A stretch of 64,000 bases of DNA, taken from contig JADLEX010000094.1 in the NCBI GenBank assembly GCA_020845895.1, positions 15,897 to 79,896 on the forward strand, written 5' to 3'. How positions within the stretch are numbered: the stretch's first letter is position 1; each line of letters begins with the position of its first letter. The notes beneath the pieces are model-generated. The model searched no databases, had not been told where the DNA came from, and saw only the letters and a list, made by a program, of their open reading frames with translations. Positions 31,554-41,454 of this stretch are shown piece by piece. The stretch comes from Deltaproteobacteria bacterium (GTDB taxonomy: Bacteria; Lernaellota; Lernaellaia; JACKCT01). The position numbers and the translations under genes were made by a program.

Positions 31554-31862
31554 TCAGTGGAGTTTGAACGGCTCGCCGGCGGGACCCAAATCGATCTCGC
31601 CGCACTGCTTCTCGAAACGCGCGATCTGGTCGCGGAGCGTCAGCAACAGGCGCTTCGCATTTTTCGGCGACAGGATTGTACGGCTGTTCATGCTCGCCGT
31701 CGGTCGGCCGGGTTGCAGAAAGAACGTGTCGATCACGAACTCCGAGTCGTTGTGGTTGACGGCGCAGATATTGGCATACTGGCCGCCCGCGAGCCGCTCG
31801 TCCACCTTGAGTTCGATCTTGACGACCTGCGGTTTGGGTTTCTCTTCGGTTTCATCGCTCAT
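31554..31862 (-). CDS. DUF3467-family protein
   Basis: GQYANI..VNH..SEFVIDTFF.QPG, SRTILSPKNAKRLL. Confidence 0.8.
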   Translation of the reverse strand: MSDETEEKPKPQVVKIELKVDERLAGGQYANICAVNHNDSEFVIDTFFLQPGRPTASMNSRTILSPKNAKRLLLTLRDQIARFEKQCGEIDLGPAGEPFKLH

Positions 31863-31901
31863 GATGGCATCCCGTCGGGGTGATTGGTCGATGGTCTGTG
31901 G

Positions 31902-32120
31902 TCAGCGCGTTCGCCGGTCGAGCTCGGCCTCGAGCGCCGCGCGATTCGTGCTGATGTACGTCTCGAGTTCCTCGGCCGTGACGCCCAAATCGCGGAGCGT
32001 GGCCTTGACGATGTCATCCGCCCCACCGATACGCCGCGCCCCGCTTCGTTCCAGCGTCAGAACGAACAGGGCCGCCCCCTCGATCGAACGGTTGGGCTTA
32101 TAGTCTTTTCCGATCGTCAT
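31902..32120 (-). CDS. Small hypothetical protein (72 aa)
   Basis: Co-oriented ORF filling the gap between jag and the DUF3467 gene; helical composition. Confidence 0.5.
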   Translation of the reverse strand: MTIGKDYKPNRSIEGAALFVLTLERSGARRIGGADDIVKATLRDLGVTAEELETYISTNRAALEAELDRRTR

Positions 32121-32880
32121 CGCGCGCGTCGCTCTTGAGGAAAACTTGTACCCGCTTTCGGTCGCCGTCGCCGATACTGCGCGTCGTGACGAGTTCGTCG
32201 TCTCGCAGCGTGGTGTGGACGATGCGGCGATCGAACGCGGTCAACGGCCGCGTCAACTGCGGACGACCGTTTTTCTTCACCTTCTCGGCGAGCGACAGCG
32301 CGTCGTCTTCGAGCCGCGCGGCCTTGCGGTCGCGGTAGTTCTCGGAATCGACGACGATGCGGCCGATCTTCGGGTTGCGCCGGGCGGTGATGCGATTGAT
32401 GAGGTATTGCAGCGCGTCGAGCGTCTCGCCGTGGCGACCGATGAACAGCCCGGACCCGTTGCTCGCCACCGACAGCACCAGACGGTCCGTTTCGCGGCGT
32501 ACCTCGACCGCGACATCGGGATCGAGGTGACGGCACAGTGCGGCGAGCTCTTCCGCGGGGTCGTAGTTCGGATCGATGACGACATGACGCGTCGCCGATT
32601 CGTCGTCCCCGTCGTCCTCGAATGGCGCCGATTCCTCGCCCGACGCTTCGATCGCGCCGTTCTCATCCGCGACCGGTTCGGCGTCGGCCGGCCCGGGCGC
32701 CTCGGGAGGAGCGCCCTTCGTCACGCGCACGCGGGCCTTGCGCGTGGTCATTCCGAGCGTCGTTTTCGGCTCCTGAACGACTTCCACGCGGACCTCGTCG
32801 GGCGAGGTTCCCAGCTGGCGGCAGGCGTCGGCCACCGCTTCGTCGATCGTGGCGGCTTCCGTTTCGATCGTGATCTTCAT
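32098..32880 (-). CDS. jag: Jag/EloR (KhpB) RNA-binding protein
   Basis: Jag N-terminus, KH FIGRHGETLDALQYL, R3H RRIVH, TRSIGDG. Confidence 0.93.
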   Translation of the reverse strand: MKITIETEAATIDEAVADACRQLGTSPDEVRVEVVQEPKTTLGMTTRKARVRVTKGAPPEAPGPADAEPVADENGAIEASGEESAPFEDDGDDESATRHVVIDPNYDPAEELAALCRHLDPDVAVEVRRETDRLVLSVASNGSGLFIGRHGETLDALQYLINRITARRNPKIGRIVVDSENYRDRKAARLEDDALSLAEKVKKNGRPQLTRPLTAFDRRIVHTTLRDDELVTTRSIGDGDRKRVQVFLKSDARDDDRKRL

Positions 32881-32911
32881 CGTCGCCTCGTTCGCGACGC
32901 GCTTGAACGCG

Positions 32912-34612
32912 TCACGCGGCCTTGGCCACCGGCTTCGGCGGCGCGCCCGGGGTCAGCCCGGTCTTGTTCATGTAAAACTGCTGGGCGATCGTCAGGATGT
33001 TGCTGACCAGCCAGTACAGAACCAGGCCGGATGGAAAACTCAGGAACATGAACGTGAAAACCACCGGCATCAGCATCATCATCTTCTGCTGGATCGGGTC
33101 GGCCGACGACGGGGTCATCTTTTGCGTGATGACCATCGTCGCGCCCATGATGATCGGGGTGACGTAGTAGGGGTCGGGAGCGGAGAGATCCTGAATCCAC
33201 CACGCGAAAGGCGCGTGACGCAGTTCGATCGTCCCGTAGAGCGCCCGGTAGAACGCGAGAAAGACCGGAAGCTGGAGCAGCAACGGCAGACAACCCGACG
33301 CCGGATTGACGTTGTGCGCCTTGTAGAGCGCCATCATCTCCTGATTGAGGCGCTCGCGATCTTCCTTGTGTTTCTCGCGAAGCTCCTGCATGAGCGGCGC
33401 GAGCGCCGACATCGCCTTCATCGATTTGTACGACTTGTACGTGAGCGGATACATCAGCACCTTGACGATGATCGTGGTGATGATGATTGCGATGCCCCAA
33501 TTTCCCGTCCAGCCGTAGAGCAGCTGAAGGAAGCGCACGAGGAGTTTCGCGATGGCCGAGAACCATCCGAAGTCGATGGCCCGGTCGAAGCCGTGGCCCG
33601 CGGCGATCAGGACGTCCTCGCCCTTGGGTCCGAAGTACGCATGGAAATCGAAGGTGGCCTCGCCGCCGGGCGCAATGGTTGTTTCGGGCAGCGTCAGGAT
33701 GGCGACGATCGGGTCGGTCGGATTCTGCGGCCCAAGCACCTGCACCTGCGTGGTCTCGGAAACGCCCGGCGCGACGGCCGATAGAAAATAGACGTTTTCG
33801 AACCCGGACCACATGACGTTGCCGGGATGCTGCACGCCCGCGGCTTTGTCGAGGGGCTTGGTCTCGAGGCTGCCGCCCACGAAGGCGGCGAACTGCGTGA
33901 TATTGAGATTCGGTTTGAAGAAGCTGCTCTTCTCCACCTTGAATTCGTGAAAGAGCGACATCGACAGGCGACCCTGCGCCGACGCCGCGCCCAGGCTTTT
34001 GATCGTGACCTTCAGATCGACCCGGTACTTGTCGAAGTCGGGCGTGTACGCCTTCGTGATGCGAAAGCCCGCGGGGTCGTCGCGCTCGAAGACGATGCCG
34101 TCCGGCGCATTGCGCACGATTCGGTAGGTGTCCTTTTCGGCTATCGTGGGACCCGAGCCGACCCAGTACGTACTCATCGGCAGGCGACCGGTGCTCTGCG
34201 TTTGGATCAGGTCGAGGGGCTCGCCCTTGGGACCGGCCACGTCGTTGAAGCTTTTGAGTTTCCAGGACGCCACGCGGCCGCCGACGTTGCTGAACGCGGC
34301 CGCGACCTTGTCGTCGTCGATCGCGATGGGCGGGAGAACGGGGGCCAGATCGATCGGCGGGGCTGCCTCCGCGGGCGCGCCGTTCGCGGTCGCGGTGAGC
34401 GGATCGTTCGGTGTCGTCCCGGGAGGCGTCGAGGCAAGCGTCCCCGGTGTCGCCGAGCTTCCCGCCGGTGCGGTCATCGCGGGCGTCGCGGTCGCGACGG
34501 CCTGTGTCGCGGTCTCGTCCAACTCGGCGGGTTCGTCCTTGGGCGACAGATAGCTCCACCCCACGAGAATCACGAAAATCAGAATCATCCCGATGACAAA
34601 GTCGCGATCCAT
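32912..34612 (-). CDS. yidC: Membrane protein insertase YidC
   Basis: IDFGWF, GNWGIAII, KSYKSM, NPASGCLPLLLQLPVF, WIQDLSAPDPYY, GLVLYW. Confidence 0.97.
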   Translation of the reverse strand: MDRDFVIGMILIFVILVGWSYLSPKDEPAELDETATQAVATATPAMTAPAGSSATPGTLASTPPGTTPNDPLTATANGAPAEAAPPIDLAPVLPPIAIDDDKVAAAFSNVGGRVASWKLKSFNDVAGPKGEPLDLIQTQSTGRLPMSTYWVGSGPTIAEKDTYRIVRNAPDGIVFERDDPAGFRITKAYTPDFDKYRVDLKVTIKSLGAASAQGRLSMSLFHEFKVEKSSFFKPNLNITQFAAFVGGSLETKPLDKAAGVQHPGNVMWSGFENVYFLSAVAPGVSETTQVQVLGPQNPTDPIVAILTLPETTIAPGGEATFDFHAYFGPKGEDVLIAAGHGFDRAIDFGWFSAIAKLLVRFLQLLYGWTGNWGIAIIITTIIVKVLMYPLTYKSYKSMKAMSALAPLMQELREKHKEDRERLNQEMMALYKAHNVNPASGCLPLLLQLPVFLAFYRALYGTIELRHAPFAWWIQDLSAPDPYYVTPIIMGATMVITQKMTPSSADPIQQKMMMLMPVVFTFMFLSFPSGLVLYWLVSNILTIAQQFYMNKTGLTPGAPPKPVAKAA

Positions 34613-34629
34613 CGACGAATCCTGTTCGA

Positions 34630-34899
34630 TTACGGCCGCGGCGCGGGGTCAAACCCGCCGCGTGCGAAGGGATGGCAGCGCAGGAGCCGCCAAAGCGTCA
34701 GGAGAAAAGCCCGCGGAATCGAATGCGAGGCGAAGCAATCGCGGGCGTAGTCGGAACACGTCGGTTCGAAGCGGCATGCCGCGGGCAGCCAGGGCGAGAC
34801 CGCCAGCTTATACAGACGCAGGACCGCCAGAGCCGTTCGGCGGGCGGGTCGGGGCGTCGCCCGAACCGCCGCGTGGGGTTCGCAGCAGGAACGGGGCAT
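34630..34899 (-). CDS. yidD: Membrane protein insertion efficiency factor YidD
   Basis: YKLAVSP, CRFEPTCSDY, RLLRCHPF..GGFDP; start uncertain. Confidence 0.88.
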   Translation of the reverse strand: MPRSCCEPHAAVRATPRPARRTALAVLRLYKLAVSPWLPAACRFEPTCSDYARDCFASHSIPRAFLLTLWRLLRCHPFARGGFDPAPRP

Positions 34900-35242
34900 G
34901 GCGGAAGAGTCGATCAAAATTGCTCTCCACATCGGCGAGAACGCGAAGCGCCGCTGCATCCCGCACGATCACGACGATGTCGTAACCCGGAGCAAGGAGG
35001 TGGCGGTGCGTGCGATAATACTCGCGAATCAGGCGCTTGGCACGATTGCGCCGAACCGCCTTGCCCGATTGCCGGCTGAGCGTCAGACCGACTCGGGGCC
35101 ATGCCCGGCGGCCGCGGTCCACGAGCACCGTGAAATCCGGCGTGCGAAACCGTTTGCCGCGACGCCCGACGCGCAGAAAATCGCGCCGGTCGAGCAGACG
35201 CGAGGCCTTGGGAAACCGCTGCCCCGTCGGCTTCGCATCCAT
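34808..35242 (-). CDS. rnpA: Ribonuclease P protein component
   Basis: RL..R.DF, RVGLTLSR..GKAVRRNRAKRLIRE, DIVVI. Confidence 0.92.
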   Translation of the reverse strand: MDAKPTGQRFPKASRLLDRRDFLRVGRRGKRFRTPDFTVLVDRGRRAWPRVGLTLSRQSGKAVRRNRAKRLIREYYRTHRHLLAPGYDIVVIVRDAAALRVLADVESNFDRLFRHAPFLLRTPRGGSGDAPTRPPNGSGGPASV

Positions 35243-35252
35243 CGCCGCGTCA

Positions 35253-35411
35253 TCAGCCCCGCGCCTTGGTCTTGAACACCGGGGCGAGAACCTTGCGGCC
35301 CTTGGCCCGTCGCGACTTGAGCACGGCGCGGCCCCAACGCGTGGCCATCCGATGACGGAAGCCGTGCGTGCGAACCCGCTTCAGGTTGCGCGGTTGATAA
35401 GTCTGTTTCAT
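35253..35411 (-). CDS. rpmH: 50S ribosomal protein L34 (not in the ORF track, 52 aa)
   Basis: Hand translation [52 protein letters not shown]; RBS GAGGTG. Confidence 0.97.
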   Translation of the reverse strand: MKQTYQPRNLKRVRTHGFRHRMATRWGRAVLKSRRAKGRKVLAPVFKTKARG

Positions 35412-35526
35412 GGCGTCACCTCAAAAAAACCCGGCCCCGATCCTCGGGATATTCTCTCGTATCCCGGCGGAATTCGTGGGGCAAGTGTTGAAGATCTCGT
35501 AAGAATCCGCGTCGCAAAGGCCGCCT

Positions 35527-35555
35527 TGTGTAGCCAAAACGCCCCCGCTTGTCAA
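35527..35555 (-). promoter_or_regulatory. Sigma-70 promoter of the rpmH operon
   Basis: Minus strand TTGACA-N17-TACACA. Confidence 0.5.
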
Positions 35556-35705
35556 CCGCGACTCCCCGTTTGCGATCGGGGATCGAATATGGGACTTGCC
35601 TGCGCCGACGAGGCCGGGCGCCGGGCCAAGTTGTCACGCACCAACCCGTCCGATATAAGGGCAATGTTCGGCCGGGGGGCGGACGTCTTCGAAAGGACCA
35701 TCGCC

Positions 35706-37061
35706 ATGTACGCATCGCGGATCCATCGCGCAGCGCTCGTCGTGTTATTGGGGCTCGCACTCCTTTTCGCTCTTGTTCCGGTCGCTCGGGCGGATTCGGC
35801 CGGCGACGCTCTTTACGCGAAAGTTCAGAAGTCGCTGGGCGCGGTGAATACGGCGACCTATCAGCTCACGCTGCAAAACCGCGTCGGGTCGAAGATGCGA
35901 CCCAAGGAAGTCATCCAGTGCAAGACGACGCGCGAGGGCAAGCTGTATCTGAAGTGGACGGGCGACGCGAACAAGAATCGCGAGCTGATCTACAAGCCCG
36001 GCTGGAACAACGACAAGCTGTGGGTGAAGGAAGGCGGTGCGCTCGACTTCGCGGCGGTCGCGGTGGCTTTCGACGACCCGATCGTGAAATCCGATTACGT
36101 GCGTTCGCTGGACGTGCTCATTTTCGATCGCCTCGCGAAGGTGATCGCCGAATGGAAGTCGGCGGGGGTCGCGACCGTCGAGCCGGACGGCCAGACGCTT
36201 CGCATCACGGCGTCGGGGCAGGGCGTGTCGCTCATCACGCCGGACGCCGCGGGGCTCCCAACGAAAATCGTCGTCAAGGACGCCAAAGACCAGATCGTCG
36301 AGGAGTACGTCATTTCGAGCATGAATGCCTCGGCGCAGCTCGGCGACGCGGACTTCGACGTGAAGAACGCGGCCTACGGATTTCCGGGGTTTTCGTCGGA
36401 CGGAATCCATATCGATGCCGAGCGCATGAAGGCGACGCTCGACAAAAAGTACGGGGCGGCGAACCACTACACATGCCGCATGGAGAAGAAGGAGCGCATC
36501 GCCGGCAAGCTGCAGGAAAAGCAGACCATGGAGGTCAAGTTCCGCAAACCCGGCGACATCTACATGAAGTGGGCCAAGGGACCGCACGAGGGGCGGCAGA
36601 TGCTCTACCGCGTGGGCAAGGACGATAAGATCACGGTGAAAGAGGCCGGGATTCTGGGCATCGCCACCGTGAAAATCGACCCCAACGGCTCGCTGGTCAA
36701 AGCCGATACCAATCACCCCCTGACCGAACTCGACATGGGTTTCACCATCGGGATGATCTACCAGCAACTCTCCAAGGGCCAGAAAAACGGCGACATCAAG
36801 CTGAAATTCAAGGGCGTCGAGAACATCGGGGGCAAGCCGGCCTACGTCGTCGAATCCTGGTTCCAAAACGCCGAGACGCAGGGCTATTACGCTCCGCACT
36901 CCATCAACTGGCATGACAAGGCAACCGGCCTGCCGGTGAAGACGGCCTCCTTCGAGGCCAACGGCGATCTGCGCGAGGAGTTTCTCTGGACGAACATCAA
37001 GTTCAACCCCGGCCTCACCGACGCGGATTGGGACCCGGCGAACCCCGAATACGGGTTCTAA
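35706..37061 (+). CDS. Exported protein with two tandem DUF1571/LolA-like domains
   Basis: Signal peptide; two repeats (YLKWTGDANKNRELIY / YMKWAKGPHEGRQMLY; LGDADFDVKNAAYGF / LTDADWDPANPEYGF). Confidence 0.75.
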   Translation: MYASRIHRAALVVLLGLALLFALVPVARADSAGDALYAKVQKSLGAVNTATYQLTLQNRVGSKMRPKEVIQCKTTREGKLYLKWTGDANKNRELIYKPGWNNDKLWVKEGGALDFAAVAVAFDDPIVKSDYVRSLDVLIFDRLAKVIAEWKSAGVATVEPDGQTLRITASGQGVSLITPDAAGLPTKIVVKDAKDQIVEEYVISSMNASAQLGDADFDVKNAAYGFPGFSSDGIHIDAERMKATLDKKYGAANHYTCRMEKKERIAGKLQEKQTMEVKFRKPGDIYMKWAKGPHEGRQMLYRVGKDDKITVKEAGILGIATVKIDPNGSLVKADTNHPLTELDMGFTIGMIYQQLSKGQKNGDIKLKFKGVENIGGKPAYVVESWFQNAETQGYYAPHSINWHDKATGLPVKTASFEANGDLREEFLWTNIKFNPGLTDADWDPANPEYGF

Positions 37062-37135
37062 AGCCGCTTCCCGACTAGCGCGCGGATCTCGCGCCCGGAA
37101 TTTTCCCCGTCGGTTCAGACGAGGAAAAATCCTTC

Positions 37136-37166
37136 TCGAAATATTTCGACTGTGGTATAGATCACA
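37136..37166. promoter_or_regulatory. Perfect 14-bp palindrome abutting a CRP-like box upstream of the diguanylate cyclase
   Basis: TCGAAATATTTCGA (37136-49) and TGTGG-TATAGA-TCACA (37151-66; one mismatch to TGTGA-N6-TCACA). Confidence 0.55.
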
Positions 37167-37241
37167 CAATAACCTTGCGAATGCATTTTTCGCCATGTTG
37201 GGGATGGCGCGTCGATCCGGTATTCCCCGGGCGCCGCGCGG

Positions 37242-39929
37242 ATGGATGCGGCGATGATTCCGAGCGACGGGATAGCGGCGGACGTGTCCGCAATTCCGGA
37301 AACCGGCGGACGTGAAAATGTCGACCGGGCGGGTTCGCCCTCGTCCACGCTTTCGTTTTTCCCGTTCAGCGACATTCTCGATCTGGGACGCGACGGCCTG
37401 TGCGTCATCGTCGGCGGAATCCTTCGTCATGTGAACACGTCACTCGTCGAGATGCTGGAGACCACGGCGGCGGCGATGCTCGGACGGCCCTTTCTCGATT
37501 TCGTCGATCCCGCCCATGCGGCCGCGCTCGACGAGCTGTATCGACGCCACGTCGGCGGGACGCGCGACATCGGGCTCGTCGAGTCGATGCTCGTGCGCGC
37601 CGACGGAACGAAGGTGCCGGTCGAGATCGACGGCGGCGTTATCGAGATCGGCGAGGAGAGGGCCGAGGTCGTCGTGCTGCGCGACCTGCGGGACGACGAG
37701 GCGCGCACCACGGCGCTGCTGGAAAGCGAGCGGCGTTATCGCGTTCTCGTCGAACACTCCCGCGATCTCATCGGCATCCTCGACGGCGGACGGTTGCAGT
37801 ATGTGAACCGGGCCGGACGGCGCATGCTCGCCACGACGAACGCCGCCGGCGACCACGTCGACTTCGTCGAGCGGATTCATCCGGGCGACCGGCCGTCGTG
37901 GCGATCCGCGATCGAATCGGCCGCGACGCGGGATGAGATCGCGGATCTGGAAATTCGCCTGCCCGGCAAGAACCGACGAGATCTCTATTTCGACGTGTCG
38001 CTCATTCCGATGGTGCTGGCGGGCCGGCACGTGCTTCAACTCGTAGCCCGCGACGTGACGGAGCGGCGCAAGGTGCGCGAGGCGGTCGTGCGCAAGGATC
38101 GCCTCCTGCGCGAAATGATCCGGGCCGCCAAGGACGCGGTCGTGATGATCGACGCCGATGGGCTCATCCAGATTTTCAACCCCGCCGCCGAGAAGATGTT
38201 CGGCTGGGGCGCCGCGCAGGCGATCGGCAAGCCGGTCACGATGCTCCTGCCTCCCGCGATTCGCCGCCGCCACGAGCGCGCCGTGCGCGATTTCTTCCGC
38301 GATGGGGGCGGTCACGGTCTGATGAACGCCACGTCCGAACTGCACACCCGGACGGTGGACGGACGGGACATCGACATCGAGCTGTCGCTATCGTCCGGCT
38401 TTGTCGGCGGCGCCGGATTCGTGATGGCCCTGGTGCGCGACGTGACGGAACGCAAACGCGTCGTCCGTGCGCTCGAAGAAAGCGAAGAGAGGTTCCGGGC
38501 GCTCTTCGAGCACGTGCAGGACGTCGTGCTCCTGCACAAGATCGACCGCAACGGATTTCCGGGGCGGATCCTCGAAGTCAACGAGGCGACGTGCCGCCTG
38601 TTGGGATATTCGCGCGATGAACTCCTTCGCATTTCCCCGCTCGACATCCACGCGAAGCCCGCGGGTGGTGCGGCGAAGATGCGGGAGGTGATGGACGAGC
38701 TGCGCGATCGTCAAACGGCGATTTTCGAGCGCGATCAGATCGCAAAGGACGGTCGCCGGGTCCCCGTCGAGATCTGCGCGAGTCGCTTCGAGATGAACGG
38801 CCGCGCGACGGTGCTGTGGGTGGCGCGCGACATCACCGAACGCAAGAAAATCGAGACGATCATGCGGCGCACGCAGTCCGATCTCGAGGACAAAATCCAC
38901 GAGCGCACGGCGGAATTGCGTCGCGCATACCGGTTTCTCGAAGAGCAGTATCAGCAGCGATTGCAGGTTGAGCAGGAACTCACCGAGAGCGAGCGGATGC
39001 TCTCGACGTTGATGGGCAACCTGCCCGGCATGGCATATCGCTGTCGCCCGGAATCGCCGTGGACGATGGAATTCGTGAGCGAGGGGTGCGTGGATTTAAC
39101 CGGATTCGCCGCCGAGGATCTGACAAGTCGGACGCCCTATGTGCGTCTGATCCATCCCGAGGACTTCGTCGAGATCCGGCGAATTGTCGCGAGCGCGCTG
39201 CTCGAAAAGAAGACGTTTCGCTTCGTTTACCGCATCCAGACGTCATCGGGCGCGGAGAAGTGGGTGTGGGAGCAGGGCCGCCCGATTCTCGACTCGATCG
39301 GACGCATTTCGTCGGTCGAGGGCTTCGTTACCGACATCACGGAGCGCAAGCGCGCCGAGGAGCAGTTGCGATTGCTGGCGACGCGCGATCATCTGACCGG
39401 GCTGTTCAATCGCCGGCATTTCTGGGAACTGCTCGTCAAGCGGGTGGACGAATCCCGCATCGACAGCCGACGCCTGAGCGTCGGCATCGCCGATCTGGAC
39501 GGGTTCAAGCAGATCAACGACGTCTTCGGCCATCGCGCGGGCGACGACGTGCTCAAGAACTTCGGCGAGATCGTCCGGCGCGAACTGCGTCCGATGGATT
39601 TCGCATGTCGTTACGGCGGAGATGAATTCTGTCTCGTCTTCCCGGATTCCGGTGCACGGCAGGCGGTGGTGTGCGCCGAGCGTATCCGGCGGCGGTTCGG
39701 CCAGGAGCAGGTCGTCGTCGGAGTCGAACAACAGCATCACGCGTCCGTGTCGATCGGGATCGTCGAACTCGCATCGCACCACAATACGGCGCAGGACCTC
39801 GTCGATCACGCCGACCGTGTTCTGTATATCGCGAAGCAGGCGGGGAAGAATCGCACGATCGACGGTCACGACTTTCCCGAGGCGCACGTCCCCATGCTGC
39901 CCGCTCGCCGGGACACGCCGAATTCGTGA
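37242..39929 (+). CDS. Multi-PAS diguanylate cyclase
   Basis: Several PAS/PAC repeats (RDVTERK), RDHLTGLFNRR, DLDGFKQINDVFGH..GD, I-site RPMD, RYGGDEF; start uncertain. Confidence 0.93.
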   Translation: MDAAMIPSDGIAADVSAIPETGGRENVDRAGSPSSTLSFFPFSDILDLGRDGLCVIVGGILRHVNTSLVEMLETTAAAMLGRPFLDFVDPAHAAALDELYRRHVGGTRDIGLVESMLVRADGTKVPVEIDGGVIEIGEERAEVVVLRDLRDDEARTTALLESERRYRVLVEHSRDLIGILDGGRLQYVNRAGRRMLATTNAAGDHVDFVERIHPGDRPSWRSAIESAATRDEIADLEIRLPGKNRRDLYFDVSLIPMVLAGRHVLQLVARDVTERRKVREAVVRKDRLLREMIRAAKDAVVMIDADGLIQIFNPAAEKMFGWGAAQAIGKPVTMLLPPAIRRRHERAVRDFFRDGGGHGLMNATSELHTRTVDGRDIDIELSLSSGFVGGAGFVMALVRDVTERKRVVRALEESEERFRALFEHVQDVVLLHKIDRNGFPGRILEVNEATCRLLGYSRDELLRISPLDIHAKPAGGAAKMREVMDELRDRQTAIFERDQIAKDGRRVPVEICASRFEMNGRATVLWVARDITERKKIETIMRRTQSDLEDKIHERTAELRRAYRFLEEQYQQRLQVEQELTESERMLSTLMGNLPGMAYRCRPESPWTMEFVSEGCVDLTGFAAEDLTSRTPYVRLIHPEDFVEIRRIVASALLEKKTFRFVYRIQTSSGAEKWVWEQGRPILDSIGRISSVEGFVTDITERKRAEEQLRLLATRDHLTGLFNRRHFWELLVKRVDESRIDSRRLSVGIADLDGFKQINDVFGHRAGDDVLKNFGEIVRRELRPMDFACRYGGDEFCLVFPDSGARQAVVCAERIRRRFGQEQVVVGVEQQHHASVSIGIVELASHHNTAQDLVDHADRVLYIAKQAGKNRTIDGHDFPEAHVPMLPARRDTPNS

Positions 39930-40043
39930 TACGGATGTTGCAAATTCATTGATTCGCCGTAACATGCCGCGCGATTTGGCGTCGCGCTCTCCCGTGTTCG
40001 CGGCGTGTATGCGTACGACTTTTATGGACGAGGAGATCAGGTC

Positions 40044-40925
40044 ATGAAGGTGGCGGTGACGGGGGCGGCGGGATTTCTGGGCTCGCACGTCGCGGACGTG
40101 CTGGAAAAAGACGGTTTCGAGGTCGTGCGTCTCGACAAGGACGCCGACGCCGCGCGCCGCATCGTCGCGGCCGATCTGCTCTCGCCGGACGCGCTGAAAG
40201 CGGCGCTCGGCGGTGTCGAGGGCGTCTGCCATTTTGCGGCGGTCGGAGACGTTTATCTCGCGTTCGAGAATCCTCCGCTCGCGGCCACGATCAATGCCAC
40301 GGGCACCGCGAACATGCTCGAAGCGGCGAAGGCCGTCGGTGTCAAGAAGTTCGTCTACATCTCCACGTGGGAAGTTTACGGCGAGCCCGAGTATCAGCCG
40401 ATGGATGAGAAGCACCCGTGCCGGCCCGATCATCCCTACAACATCACCAAGCTCGCGGGGGAACATCTGGCGATGGCGTACGACCGGCTCAAGGGCGTGC
40501 CCGCGGTCGCGCTGCGCATCGGCACCGCCTTCGGCACCCGCATGCGCTCCAATTCGGTCTTCTCGATCTTCATCCGCAAGGGCATGAAGGGCGAGCCGAT
40601 CACGATCAAGGGCACGGGCGAACAGGGCCGCGAGTTCGTGCACGCCTTCGATATCGGCCGCGCGTGTGCGCTCGTGCTGCGCTCCGACCTGCGCGGCGAG
40701 GTTTTCAACATCACCGGCACCGAGTTCGTGTCGATCAAACGTCTGGCCGAGCTCGTGAGCGCGAAGTTCCCGACCGAGATCAAATTCGAAGAGGCCCGGG
40801 CGGGAGACATCGCGCCGGCCAAGGTCTCGACCGAAAAGGCGCGCAAGCTGCTCGGCTGGCAGCCCGAGGTGGCGTTCGAGCAGGGGCTCGCCGGGATCAT
40901 CGAGGAAGCGATCGCCAAAGCGTGA
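40044..40925 (+). CDS. NAD-dependent epimerase/dehydratase
   Basis: VTGAAGFLG, YNITK (YxxxK), GEQGREFVH. Confidence 0.92.
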   Translation: MKVAVTGAAGFLGSHVADVLEKDGFEVVRLDKDADAARRIVAADLLSPDALKAALGGVEGVCHFAAVGDVYLAFENPPLAATINATGTANMLEAAKAVGVKKFVYISTWEVYGEPEYQPMDEKHPCRPDHPYNITKLAGEHLAMAYDRLKGVPAVALRIGTAFGTRMRSNSVFSIFIRKGMKGEPITIKGTGEQGREFVHAFDIGRACALVLRSDLRGEVFNITGTEFVSIKRLAELVSAKFPTEIKFEEARAGDIAPAKVSTEKARKLLGWQPEVAFEQGLAGIIEEAIAKA

Positions 40926-40985
40926 ACGCGCCCGGTCGAGGCGTTTGACCGGAGCGGAGCAAGGCGGCGGGTTTCGGAGGGGATC

Positions 40986-41444
40986 ATGTCGGAGTCGCCG
41001 TTCGTCCTGACGAGTGAACTGATTTTCCGGCAGCGCGTCTTCGCCGCGATCTTCATCGTCTTTTTCATGATTCTCACGCTCGAACTCATCCGCCGCCGCG
41101 CGCTCAAGGAGCGCTATGCGATCCTGTGGGTCGTGGCGGCCTTCGTCCTGCTGCCCATGGTCCTGTCGCCCTCCATCGTGAGCAGCGTGTCCCGTCTCAT
41201 CGGCGTCAACTACCCGCCGTCGGCGATCCTGCTCACGGGCATTCTCTTCCTCACGCTCATCGTGCTGCACTTTTCGGTGGCGCTCTCGCGTTTCAAGTCG
41301 AACGAGGAGAAGCTGGTGCTGCGGATCATCGAGCAGGATCAGGATCTGTCGCAGCTTCGGCAGAGAATCCGCGTGATCGAACACCGGATCGATCAGGCGA
41401 ACCCCGGCGCGCCGCCGAAAGACGACGCGCCGACGCGGGATTGA
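40986..41444 (+). CDS. DUF2304-family membrane protein
   Basis: LELIRRRALKERYAILW, LIGVNYPP, C-terminal coiled coil. Confidence 0.8.
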   Translation: MSESPFVLTSELIFRQRVFAAIFIVFFMILTLELIRRRALKERYAILWVVAAFVLLPMVLSPSIVSSVSRLIGVNYPPSAILLTGILFLTLIVLHFSVALSRFKSNEEKLVLRIIEQDQDLSQLRQRIRVIEHRIDQANPGAPPKDDAPTRD

Positions 41445-41454
41445 TTGCGCGTCG

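Noticed and set aside
34808-34899. About 92-nt rnpA/yidD overlap
   Set aside because: rnpA-yidD overlaps are common and the yidD start is uncertain.
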